Shown: positions 10,961 through 18,892 of the stretch, one piece after another | How positions within the stretch are numbered: the stretch's first letter is position 1 | Layout: each line of letters starts with the position of its first letter | NCBI GenBank assembly: GCA_036376395.1 | Contig: DASVAK010000057.1 | Location: 1 to 49,050, forward strand | Reading direction: 5' to 3' | From: Candidatus Krumholzibacteriia bacterium | Lineage (GTDB): Bacteria; Krumholzibacteriota; Krumholzibacteriia; WVZY01; JAKEHA01 | DNA length: 49,050 bases | Notes under the pieces: generated by a model | Told to the model about the DNA's origin: nothing | The model's input: the letters and a program-made list of their open reading frames with translations, nothing else | Databases searched by the model: none | Position numbers and translations under genes: made by a program

Positions 10961-11041
10961 AATGTGCCGTTTTGGGAAGTGCGCGCCGCGCGTCGCGCTT
11001 CCGCGGAGTGGCGCGGAGTTCCGCGTGGTTACGCATACGAA

Positions 11042-11067
11042 ACGGCCCGCTCTTTCGAGCGGGCCGT
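11042..11067 (-). terminator. hairpin terminator after SPFH gene
   Basis: Perfect 11-bp stem ACGGCCCGCTC/GAGCGGGCCGT with loop TTTC, 45 nt after the stop. Only a weak U-tract (TTCGTATG) on the minus strand. Confidence 0.5.
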
Positions 11068-11111
11068 CACGTGGGGGATTTCCTTCAGGTCGCGTCGGGT
11101 TTTGGCCCGCC

Positions 11112-11864
11112 TCAGGCCCCGCCGGACTTGCGCATGAACGCGGCCAGGATGTCGATCGGAACCGGGAACACGATGGTCGAGTTCTTCTCCGTGGCCACTT
11201 CGGTGAGCGTTTGCAGGAAGCGCAGCTGCAGCGCGGTCGGATTCACCGACAACACGTCGGCCGCTTCGCGCAGCTTTGCGGATGCCTGGGCTTCTCCTTC
11301 GGCGTGGATGACCTTCGAGCGGCGCTCGCGTTCGGCTTCGGCCTGGCGGGCGATCGCGCGCTGCATCTCGGTGGGAAGATCGACGTGTTTCACTTCCACC
11401 AGCGACACCTTGATTCCCCATGCGTCGGTGGCCTCGTCGATGATTCGCGCCAGCCGCTGGTTGATGGCGTCGCGCTCGGAGAGCAGCTGGTCGAGCTCGA
11501 ACTGTCCCACCACCGAACGCAGCGTGGTCTGCGCGAGCTGCCCCGTCGCGTATAGATAGTCCTCCACCTGGACGATGGCCTTGTCGGGCTCCATCACCCG
11601 GAAGTAGACCACCGCATTCACCTTCACCGACACGTTGTCCTTGGTGATGATGTCCTGCGGCGGGACGTCCATGGTGACGACGCGCAGGCTCACCTTCACC
11701 ATCTTGTCGACAATGGGAATGAGAAGGATGATCCCGGGCCCGCGCACGCCGGCGAGGCGGCCCAGGCGGAAGACGACCGCGCGCTCGTACTCGCGCAGGA
11801 CGCGGATCGCCGAGGACAGGAACATGAACCCGATGATGACGATGATGATCAATGTAACCGGCAC
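11112..11864 (-). CDS. SPFH/band-7 (stomatin-like) membrane protein
   Basis: N-terminal TM helix, then [54 protein letters not shown], typical of prokaryotic stomatins. It lies 10 nt downstream of nfeD. Confidence 0.9.
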   Translation of the reverse strand: MPVTLIIIVIIGFMFLSSAIRVLREYERAVVFRLGRLAGVRGPGIILLIPIVDKMVKVSLRVVTMDVPPQDIITKDNVSVKVNAVVYFRVMEPDKAIVQVEDYLYATGQLAQTTLRSVVGQFELDQLLSERDAINQRLARIIDEATDAWGIKVSLVEVKHVDLPTEMQRAIARQAEAERERRSKVIHAEGEAQASAKLREAADVLSVNPTALQLRFLQTLTEVATEKNSTIVFPVPIDILAAFMRKSGGA

Positions 11865-11874
11865 GATGACCTCC

Positions 11875-13221
11875 TTATCGCGGCACGACGCGCCGCACGT
11901 GCAGCCGCAGTCCGTCCACGCCCATCACTTCGACCCGGTCGCCGTCGGCGATGGGCTCGTCACTGGTGGCGTTCCAGAATTCACCGCGCAGGAGCACGGA
12001 GCCGCCCGCGGCATTCACCGCGCCGCGCGCCACGCCCTCCATGCCGCGCAGCCCCTCGTTGCCGGTGGTCACGCGGCGGCGCTGTGCGCGCACACCCATG
12101 CCCACCGCGAAGAGGAAGAACCCGGCGGTGGCGAGAACCGAGGGAACGATGACCGCGAGCGAGACGCGCATGAACGGGAACGGCGAATCGATGAGCATCA
12201 GCGACCCGAACAGCATCGCGATGACGCCACCGACGGTTAGCAGCCCGTGCGACGTCACTTTCACCTCGAGCACGAAGAGCACCATCGCGAGCAGTATCAG
12301 GCCCGCTCCCGCCCAGTTCACGGGGAGCATCTGCAACGCGAAGGCCCCGGTGAGAAGGCACAGCCCGCCCACGACGCCGGGCAGGATGGCGCCGGGGTTC
12401 TGCAGCTCGAAGAACAATCCGAAAACGCCCGCGAGCATGAGCAGGTAGGCGATGTTGGGATCCGAGATGCGGGACAGGAATTGCTCGCGCAGCGTCGGCG
12501 GTGCATCGACCACCGCCGCATCGGCCACGTGCAGCGTCCGGCGCTCACCCTCGACGTCAACCGCGCGGCCGTCGATTCGCGCCAGCAGGTCGTCGAGCCC
12601 CGGCGCGACGAGGTCGATGACCTTTTCCTTGAGCGCTTCGTCGGCGGTGGACGAGATGCTCTCGCGCACGATGCGTTCGGCCCACTCGACGCTGCGCCCG
12701 CGGCGCGTCGCGATGCTGCGCGCGTACGCGGCGGCATCGTTGGTCACTTTCTCGTTCATGGTGTCGTCGGCGTTGGATTCACCGCCGGGGCCGATGGAGA
12801 CGGGGTGCGCCGCGCCGATGTTGGTGCCGGGCGCCATCGCGGCGACGTGGGCCGACAGCATGATCACCGCGCCGGCGCTGGCGGCGCGCGCGCCCTGCGG
12901 AGACACGAAGGTCACGACCGGCACGGGGCTTGCAAAAATGGACTGGATGATGTCGCGCATGGCGTCGGCCAGGCCGCCGGGCGTGTCGATCGTGAGCACC
13001 AGGCAGCGCGCGTCGCGCGCCGCGGCATCGCGAAGCAAACGATTGACATAGATCGCGGTGGCGGGCCCGATCGCGCCGTTCACATGGCCGACCAGCACGG
13101 GGCCGACGGGCCCGGCGGGTGCTGGATCATCCGGAGCCGCCCACGGCGCGGCCGCGGCAAGAAGGGCGGCGGCGAACGCCGGGAGGATGGCGAGCCGGCG
13201 AAGCCGGCGGGTGGGGAACAC
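11875..13221 (-). CDS. NfeD-family membrane-bound ClpP-class serine protease
   Basis: Protease region [35 protein letters not shown], a multi-TM middle, and a C-terminal OB-like [25 protein letters not shown]. Start is set at GTG 13221, giving an RRLRRLAIL.. signal peptide. The frame stays open to TTG 13311. Confidence 0.85.
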   Translation of the reverse strand: MFPTRRLRRLAILPAFAAALLAAAAPWAAPDDPAPAGPVGPVLVGHVNGAIGPATAIYVNRLLRDAAARDARCLVLTIDTPGGLADAMRDIIQSIFASPVPVVTFVSPQGARAASAGAVIMLSAHVAAMAPGTNIGAAHPVSIGPGGESNADDTMNEKVTNDAAAYARSIATRRGRSVEWAERIVRESISSTADEALKEKVIDLVAPGLDDLLARIDGRAVDVEGERRTLHVADAAVVDAPPTLREQFLSRISDPNIAYLLMLAGVFGLFFELQNPGAILPGVVGGLCLLTGAFALQMLPVNWAGAGLILLAMVLFVLEVKVTSHGLLTVGGVIAMLFGSLMLIDSPFPFMRVSLAVIVPSVLATAGFFLFAVGMGVRAQRRRVTTGNEGLRGMEGVARGAVNAAGGSVLLRGEFWNATSDEPIADGDRVEVMGVDGLRLHVRRVVPR

Positions 13222-13229
13222 GTCGATAG

Positions 13230-13257
13230 ACGATAGCAGCCCCCGCGAGCGGGTCAA
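13230..13257 (-). promoter_or_regulatory. candidate sigma70 promoter abutting the nfeD start
   Basis: On the minus strand: TTGACC (13257..13252), 16 nt, TATCGT (13235..13230), then 8 nt to GTG 13221. No SD in between. Confidence 0.3.
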
Positions 13258-13433
13258 GACCGATATCGGCCCGGCGTGACAGGCGCAATAGGATTTGCCG
13301 CGCCTCGACAAGCTCTGATAGCATTGACGGCAACTTTTGCCATATTTTTCCGAGGGGTGAGGTTCTCTTCGAACACGTACTGCTGCTGAATGCCTCGTTC
13401 GAACCGCTCAACGTCATCGGCTGGCGCCGGGCG

Positions 13434-13901
13434 GTGAAGCTCGTTGTCCTGGAAAAGGCCGAGGTGATCGAGGTCTCTGACCGCGAGGTCCGGTCGGTCT
13501 CGACGCGGGTTCCGGTTCCCTCGGTGGTGCGGCTCACGTCCTTCGTCCGCTTCCGCCGCCGCGAAGCCAAGTTTTCCCGTCGCAACATCTACACGCGAGA
13601 CAATTTCCGCTGCCAGTACTGCGGCACGCGGCCGTCCGCGCACGAACTCACCTGCGACCACGTGGTGCCGCGGTCGCGTGGAGGGCGAACCGACTGGTCC
13701 AACATCGTGACGTGCTGCGTCACCTGCAACCGGCGCAAGGGCGGACGAACTCCCGCCGAGGCGGGGCTGCGGTTGATCCGTCATCCGGCCCAGCCCACGT
13801 GGCTCTGGGGTGTGCAGAATCGCTTCGCGAACCGGCACCCGCCGAAGAACTGGCACGTCTACATCTACCTGGAGAATCGAGAGCTCGAGGCGGCGTCGTA
13901 G
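13434..13901 (+). CDS. HNH endonuclease (N-terminus probably extends upstream of the first canonical start)
   Basis: CQYCG..DHVVPRSRGGRTDWSNIVTCCVTCNRRKG is an HNH/zinc-finger core. The in-frame upstream codons encode VLLLNASFEPLNVIGWRRA, which looks like the conserved family N-terminus. Confidence 0.85.
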   Translation: MKLVVLEKAEVIEVSDREVRSVSTRVPVPSVVRLTSFVRFRRREAKFSRRNIYTRDNFRCQYCGTRPSAHELTCDHVVPRSRGGRTDWSNIVTCCVTCNRRKGGRTPAEAGLRLIRHPAQPTWLWGVQNRFANRHPPKNWHVYIYLENRELEAAS

Positions 13902-13913
13902 AGAGGGAGCGGG

Positions 13914-14002
13914 TGGTGCCGGAGGTCGGACTCGAACCGACACGGAGTTTTGGCTCCGGGGGATTTTGAGTCCCCTGCGTCTACCAGTTTCACCACTCCG
14001 GC
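13914..14002 (-). tRNA. tRNA-Leu(CAA)
   Basis: The reverse complement folds as an 89-nt class II tRNA. Acceptor GCCGGAG/CTCCGGC, anticodon stem GGGGA/TCCCC with loop CTCAAAA, long variable arm, GGTTCGAGTCC T-loop, encoded CCA. Confidence 0.9.
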
Positions 14003-14089
14003 ACGAGTTCTTATCTAACGCAACGGCAAGCGGATGTCCAGATATTCCCCTTGGTGCGAGGGGCCGCTTCTGATACCTTATCGGCGCGT

Positions 14090-14165
14090 GGGGCTGTAGC
14101 TCAGCTGGGAGAGCGCTTGACTGGCAGTCAAGAGGTCGACGGTTCGATCCCGTTCAGCTCCACCA
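14090..14165 (+). tRNA. tRNA-Ala(GGC)
   Basis: 76 nt with acceptor GGGGCTG/CAGCTCC including the G3:U70 Ala identity pair. Anticodon loop CTGGCAG, GGTTCGATCC T-loop, encoded CCA. Confidence 0.95.
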
Positions 14166-14187
14166 TATCATTTTCCCCACGGTCCTC

Positions 14188-15615
14188 GTGTCCATCCACA
14201 TCTGCATCTTCGAAGACAAGAAGCACTCGAACTTCCTGCCGCTGTCATTGTCGCGGCCGGTGTTCGACCTGCGCATCGGCTGCGGGACGCTGCGCGCGCG
14301 TCTCCTCGACGGGCTCACATCCGCGACACTCCACCTCGTCTGCCGGGAGTACCTGGCGCCGCTCGCGCGGGCGGGCTCGCCGCGGGCCGCCGTCAACACG
14401 CCGCCGACCAAGGCGACCCTGTTCCTGAACGGGCGATGGCTCGCGCTGGGCGAAGAACGGGACCGCATGCTGGCCGCGGTCAGCGAGGGGACCGTGGCCG
14501 TCAAGGGCGGCTACGTCGTCGCTGCCCGGCTGCCCGCCGCCGCGGCGAAGGACCTCTCCGCCTACCTGCTCGGCCGCCTCTCCGCGGGTGAAGTCGACCG
14601 CGTGGCGGATGCGCTGCGCGCCGCCGCCGCGACGCCCCCGCCCGACGGCAAGCGCGCGTCGCCCGGGTCGTCACAGCCGCCCGAGGGAGGATACGAGGAT
14701 GAGCACGCGATTGGCGGCGATCACTTCGAGGAGAAGCTCCCGCTCGAGATCGAGCGCCTGATCGAGCGTCACGGCCTGCGTCGCATCGTGCTCGACGAAG
14801 CGCGCCTGCTCTCGTTCCCGTGGCAGCTCGTCGAGTTCAACGCCGATGCCATCGCCGATGATTTCGCGCGATCGCCCGTGCGCGGCCAATCCGACGACAG
14901 CGTGGTGTACCCGGGCGTCCACGTCGTGGCGCCGGAGCAGGTCGTGATCGGCGAACATGCCGTCGTGCGCGCGGGCGCGGTGCTGGATGCCAGCGACGGT
15001 CCCATCGTGATCGGCGATCGCGCCGTCATCATGCCCAACGCGACCGTGCTCGGTCCGTGCTTCATCGGCAGCCGCAGCATCGTGAACGCCGGTGCGCGCA
15101 TCCTGGCCGGCAGCTCGGTGGGCGCGGTGTGCAAGGTGGGCGGGGAAGTCTCCGATACCATCTTCGCGGCGTACTCCAACAAGCAGCACGACGGCTTCCT
15201 GGGGAACTCGTACGTGGGCGAATGGGTCAACATCGGCGCCGCCACCAACAACAGCGACCTCAAGAACAACTACAGCCACGTGCGCATGTGGTGCGCCGGC
15301 AGCGAGCGGGAAACCGGGCGCCAGTTCCTGGGTCTGCTGATGGGCGACCACAGCAAGACCGGGATCAACGCGCTCATCAACACCGGCACCGTGATCGGCT
15401 TCAACTGCAACCTCTACTCCAGCGAGATGCCGCCGAAATTCGTGCCCAGCTTCTCGTGGGGCCACGGCGAGGAAGTGGTTCGTTACGCGCTCGACCGCGC
15501 GATGCAGACGGCGGCCGTGGTGATGGAGCGCCGCGAGGTGCGCTTCACGCCCGCACACCGCGAGCTCTTCGAGGCCATCTTCCGGATCGGCGAACGCGCC
15601 GGCTGGAACGTGTGA
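14188..15615 (+). CDS. GlmU-like putative sugar nucleotidyltransferase with left-handed beta-helix (hexapeptide) domain
   Basis: N-terminus ICIFEDKKHSNFLPLSLSRPVFDLRIG. C-terminal hexapeptide repeats: VVIGEHAVVRAGAVL, IVIGDRAVIMPNATV, IGSRSIVNAGARI. It resembles the 'alternative GlmU / putative sugar nucleotidyl transferase' family from memory. Confidence 0.8.
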   Translation: MSIHICIFEDKKHSNFLPLSLSRPVFDLRIGCGTLRARLLDGLTSATLHLVCREYLAPLARAGSPRAAVNTPPTKATLFLNGRWLALGEERDRMLAAVSEGTVAVKGGYVVAARLPAAAAKDLSAYLLGRLSAGEVDRVADALRAAAATPPPDGKRASPGSSQPPEGGYEDEHAIGGDHFEEKLPLEIERLIERHGLRRIVLDEARLLSFPWQLVEFNADAIADDFARSPVRGQSDDSVVYPGVHVVAPEQVVIGEHAVVRAGAVLDASDGPIVIGDRAVIMPNATVLGPCFIGSRSIVNAGARILAGSSVGAVCKVGGEVSDTIFAAYSNKQHDGFLGNSYVGEWVNIGAATNNSDLKNNYSHVRMWCAGSERETGRQFLGLLMGDHSKTGINALINTGTVIGFNCNLYSSEMPPKFVPSFSWGHGEEVVRYALDRAMQTAAVVMERREVRFTPAHRELFEAIFRIGERAGWNV

Positions 15616-15841
15616 TCCCGCGCGGGAAACGCGACGGCCGCTCTCTCCCTCGAACGCAATAACTCTCCACTCCGGGAAACCGGGCCAGCACGCACGCGGG
15701 GGCAAGCCCCAGTCGACGCGGGTGCCGTGGTGAGGTTGCCCCCGATTGCGCGCGCGCCGACCACCCGGACAATTTTGCCACCACGAGTGAAGCCCAACAA
15801 TGAATGCGTCTTAAGCGCGACCAGGACCGCCGCGATCGCGC

Positions 15842-15857
15842 GGGCACGTGCCTTGAT
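15842..15857 (+). promoter_or_regulatory. sigma54-like -24/-12 element (GGGCACGTGCCTTGAT), or a palindromic operator
   Basis: GGCACG-N4-TTGA has the correct GG-to-G spacing, but -12 reads GA rather than GC. The 14-mer GGGCACGTGCCTTG is identical to the one at 20451. The core GGCACGTGCC is a perfect palindrome. Confidence 0.35.
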
Positions 15858-15867
15858 ATGTACCCGG

Positions 15868-15976
15868 ACAGAAAAGGTTGCTGCATCGCCCGTGTATTGC
15901 TTCGGCGTGGGCCCATTCCTCAAGGCTTTGCGTTACCCGAGACCAGGCACACGGCGAAAGCGGCACCTTTTTTTTT
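15868..15976 (+). ncRNA. candidate small RNA of about 110 nt (prediction only)
   Basis: Bounded by the sigma54-like element and a T9 run (15968..15976). It contains a GCCCGUG..CGUGGGC helix with a C(UUCG)G tetraloop. G+C is locally lower and no credible ORF is present. Confidence 0.3.
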
Positions 15977-16026
15977 ACCCCTTCCGGGGCCCCGTCGAAT
16001 CGCCCCTCCCCCTGTAAGAGTCTTAT

Positions 16027-16055
16027 TTGACAGTGTTTCCGTGGTATGGTAGCGT
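16027..16055 (+). promoter_or_regulatory. candidate sigma70 promoter for the HU/IHF gene
   Basis: TTGACA (16027..16032), 17 nt, TAGCGT (16050..16055). This would give a leader of about 120 nt. Confidence 0.35.
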
Positions 16056-16181
16056 GCTCGCGTCCTGATGCCGAGTTCGACCGGCGCGGCCCCTGCAAGG
16101 CGCCGACCTGGATGCGAACCATTGTTCGTCGCGGCGTTGCCCGGCCCGGGTCAACTCCGAGGCTTTTCACTGGAGAGAACC

Positions 16182-16466
16182 ATGACGAAAGCAGACCTGG
16201 TCGAGGAGATCTCGAGGATCACCGGACTCAACAAGAAGGACACGAGCATCATCGTCAACGAGGTGATCAATAACATCTGTCGCGCCCTGGCGGATGGCGA
16301 CAAGGTTGAACTGCGCGGGTTTGGCAGCTTCAAGGTGAAGGAGCGCCGCGCCCGGCAGGCGCGCAATCCGCGCACCGGCGATGGTGTCCAGGTTCCGGCC
16401 AAGCTGGTCCCGTTCTTCAAGGCATCGAACGAGCTCAAGTCACGCGTCAATGATTCGAACGCTTGA
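16182..16466 (+). CDS. HU/IHF-family DNA-binding protein
   Basis: 94 aa: MTKADLVEEI..GDKVELRGFGSFKVKERRARQARNPRTGDGVQVPAKLVPFFKAS. GGAGAG SD upstream. The longer ORF from 16068 is not needed. Confidence 0.9.
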   Translation: MTKADLVEEISRITGLNKKDTSIIVNEVINNICRALADGDKVELRGFGSFKVKERRARQARNPRTGDGVQVPAKLVPFFKASNELKSRVNDSNA

Positions 16467-16499
16467 TCGACAAATCCCAAAACGAAAGGTACCCGAGGC

Positions 16500-16595
16500 A
16501 TGCCGTGCGGACGTAAACGCAAGAGACAGAAGATCAGAACCCACAAGCGCAAGAAGAGATTGCGCAAGAACCGTCACAAGAAGAGAATTCGCTAG
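16500..16595 (+). CDS. 31-aa Arg/Lys-rich protein, AURKAIP1/COX24 (mS38/bS22-type) family candidate
   Basis: ATG 16500 to TAG 16595 encodes MPCGRKRKRQKIRTHKRKKRLRKNRHKKRIR. A purine-rich GAAAGG/CGAGG stretch lies upstream. It is too short for the ORF track. The core THKRKKRLRKNRHKK matches, from memory, tiny proteins annotated as AURKAIP1/COX24 domain in FCB-group genomes. Confidence 0.6.
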   Translation: MPCGRKRKRQKIRTHKRKKRLRKNRHKKRIR

Positions 16596-16600
16596 CGTGG

Positions 16601-16631
16601 TGCGGCGGCCGGCGTGGGGCCGGCCGCCGCA
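16601..16631 (+). terminator. 13-bp GC hairpin after the small basic ORF (no U-tract; attenuator or stability element?)
   Basis: TGCGGCGGCCGGC-GTGGG-GCCGGCCGCCGCA forms a perfect stem, 6 nt after the TAG. Confidence 0.4.
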
Positions 16632-16681
16632 GCCTTGTAACCGCACGGCGGCTATCGCCTGCCAGGGAGGACGTCTCAACC

Positions 16682-17035
16682 ATGTCACCTGCTGAACGTC
16701 GTGCAGCGTCGCGCGTCCCCGCGCGCCTCTCGATGGAAATCACGCTCGGGGGCGAGCGCGCGAGCGCCGAGAGCCTGAACGTCAGCGCCAACGGCGTCTA
16801 CTTCGCGTCGCGGGCCTACATCCCGCTGCTCACCAAACTGCGCGTCACGCTGGAGCTGCCGGGCGACGGCGGGGCCACGTCGCGCGTGTCGTGCGACGGC
16901 GTGGTGGTGCGTACCGAGCCCGAAAACGAGTCGGCGTCGGCGCGCGAGTACCAGGTGGCGTGTTACTTCACCGACATATCCGATGCCGACCGCGTGCGGC
17001 TTGAGTCGTACATTCTTCGCCACGTGCCGTTTTGA
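16682..17035 (+). CDS. single-domain PilZ c-di-GMP receptor
   Basis: 117 aa with RRAASR (RxxxR) and NVSANG (D/NxSxxG) motifs. GGGAGG SD upstream. Confidence 0.85.
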   Translation: MSPAERRAASRVPARLSMEITLGGERASAESLNVSANGVYFASRAYIPLLTKLRVTLELPGDGGATSRVSCDGVVVRTEPENESASAREYQVACYFTDISDADRVRLESYILRHVPF

Positions 17036-17058
17036 TCCATCGGGTCTCGTGTTGCCGG

Positions 17059-17094
17059 AAATGGCCGTCCCAAGGGGCGGCCATTTTTTTGTTT
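17059..17094 (+). terminator. rho-independent terminator after PilZ gene
   Basis: ATGGCCGTCCC-AA-GGGGCGGCCAT stem with one G.U pair, followed by TTTTTTTGTTT. Confidence 0.8.
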
Positions 17095-17169
17095 GCCGCG
17101 TTTTTGGAACGTGTGGTAAGCCTGTGACCACCCCGACCACGGTCGTCCCCCGCGGCGGTGTAATTACTT

Positions 17170-18867
17170 GTGACACGGAAACTTCCGAAATCAGATCCGG
17201 AGCGAGCGGTGCGCGGCAGCGCCGCCGGTGCGGCCCCGCGCCCGGCCCCGGCCGTGGCCCGGGTCGGCGCCGCGGCGGAGCGTGAGCGCCTGCAGCGTGT
17301 CGCCGCCCAGCTCAAGACGCTCTACCACATGGGCCGCGACCTCGGGGAGGACGAGAACTGGAGCGACGCCCTCGACCGCTTCCTGATGGCGCTCGTCAAC
17401 TTCATGGGCGCCAGCGGGTCGGGGTTGTTCCTCTTCAGCGACCGCGAGCGCACGCTCTCATCCCGCGCGGTCTTCCACCTGGACGACGCGCTGGTGGCCG
17501 AGATAATCGACACCATCCGGGACGGGTGGAGGCACCACGCGCGCGCCTCGGAGATCCACAGCCTGGAGAGCTACGGTTCCGGCGAGCGACCCACGTCGTG
17601 CCTGGAGCGAACGACCGGCTGGAACATGACTCTCATCCCGCTCCGGCATCGCGGTCGCGCGCTGGGCTTTCTCGTGCTCGACAAGCACTACGCCAGCGGG
17701 ATCGACTTCCAGTGGGATTACCACTTCCTGAGCACCCTGCAGACGATCTTCGCCGAAGAGATCGCGAACGCGTCGTACATCAGCGAGCTGCGACAGTTGA
17801 GCCGGTTCAACAACAAGGTGCTCGACAACATCCGCAGCGGTGTCGTCACCACCGACCAGGACGGGCTGGTTCGCTACGCGAACGCGTGGGCCAACGACAT
17901 GTGCCCGCGCCTGCGCGCGCTCGCGCGCACGAAGCTGGCCTTCGATGACCTGTTCCATCCCGCGGACGGCAGCGCCGGGTTGTTCCACCGGTTCATGTCC
18001 TCGGATCCCGACGCGCTGGTGATGGAAGTGAACTGTCACGGCGGCGGCGCGACGGCGTTCCCGGCCCGGCTTCGTCTGACGCGCATGCACGACGACGTGC
18101 TGAACGCCGCCGTCGTGGTGGCCATCTTCGACGATCTCTCCGAGCTCAAGCGCATGGAAGAAGCGGTGCGGCGCAACGACCGCCTGCGCGCCATCGGCCA
18201 GCTCTCGGCCGGCGTGGCGCACGAGATCCGAAACCCGCTGGCGGGAATCGCGACCACGGCCGAAGTGCTCGCGGGAAAGCTCGGCGCCGACGACGAGCGC
18301 AGCCGCTACACGCGCGTCATCCTGGACGAGGTCACGCGCCTGGACGGCATCGTCCGCAACCTGCTCGCGTTCGCGAAGCCTCCGAAGCCGGCCATTGCGC
18401 CGTGCGCGGTGGACGACCTCTTCGCCCGCATAGCGGGCCTTGTATCCGACCACGCGGCGACGAGGGGTGTCGAGGTGCACACGGAAACGGCCGCGCCCGG
18501 GCTGGCGTGCCTGGCCGACGCGTCGCAGCTGACGCAGGTGCTGCTCAACCTGGCGCTCAACGCCGTGCAGGAGTGCGGAGCCGGCGATCGCGTGGACGTG
18601 CGCGCGCATATCGAGGGAGAGGGCGCGCGCGACTGGATGATCATCGACGTGGAGGACACGGGTCCCGGCGTGCCGGCGCAGGTGCGCGACACGCTTTTTG
18701 ATCCGTTCGTCACCACGCGGTCACAGGGGACGGGTCTCGGCCTCGCGATCTCGCGCCAGATCGTCGAGGACCACCATGGGTCGATTTCGTGCGCGTTCCT
18801 GGAGCGGGGCACGCGCTTTACAGTTCGCATTCCGGCGCACACGGTGGCGGCGGCAATGCCGCGCTGA
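17170..18867 (+). CDS. cytoplasmic sensor histidine kinase (GAF-like plus PAS-like, HisKA, HATPase)
   Basis: H-box GVAHEIRNPLAGI, N-box LNLALNAVQE, G1 DVEDTGPGV, G2 GTGLGLAIS. PAS-like NNKVLDNIRSGVVTTDQDGLVRYAN. No TM helices. GTG start. Confidence 0.9.
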   Translation: MTRKLPKSDPERAVRGSAAGAAPRPAPAVARVGAAAERERLQRVAAQLKTLYHMGRDLGEDENWSDALDRFLMALVNFMGASGSGLFLFSDRERTLSSRAVFHLDDALVAEIIDTIRDGWRHHARASEIHSLESYGSGERPTSCLERTTGWNMTLIPLRHRGRALGFLVLDKHYASGIDFQWDYHFLSTLQTIFAEEIANASYISELRQLSRFNNKVLDNIRSGVVTTDQDGLVRYANAWANDMCPRLRALARTKLAFDDLFHPADGSAGLFHRFMSSDPDALVMEVNCHGGGATAFPARLRLTRMHDDVLNAAVVVAIFDDLSELKRMEEAVRRNDRLRAIGQLSAGVAHEIRNPLAGIATTAEVLAGKLGADDERSRYTRVILDEVTRLDGIVRNLLAFAKPPKPAIAPCAVDDLFARIAGLVSDHAATRGVEVHTETAAPGLACLADASQLTQVLLNLALNAVQECGAGDRVDVRAHIEGEGARDWMIIDVEDTGPGVPAQVRDTLFDPFVTTRSQGTGLGLAISRQIVEDHHGSISCAFLERGTRFTVRIPAHTVAAAMPR

Positions 18868-18892
18868 AACACTTTCAATCGGAGGAGCATGC

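Noticed and set aside
13902-14187. tRNA-Leu/tRNA-Ala pair as an integration hotspot or genomic-island border
   Set aside because: No integrase, no direct repeat of either tRNA 3' end seen elsewhere in the window, and flanking genes have the same composition as the rest. The adjacent HNH gene is a small stand-alone type.
15804-16052. 82-aa ORF (and minus-strand ORFs 15483..15923 and 15811..16170) in the GlmU-like/HU spacer
   Set aside because: Atypical codon usage with many A/T-ending codons, translation through the T9 tract, no SD and no motifs. The region is better explained as non-coding (see the sRNA candidate).
17158-17172. TGTAAT box 5 nt before GTG 17170 as another leaderless promoter
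   Set aside because: No acceptable -35 at 16-18 nt (ACCACG). The start codon of the kinase is itself uncertain, so the evidence is too thin to call.
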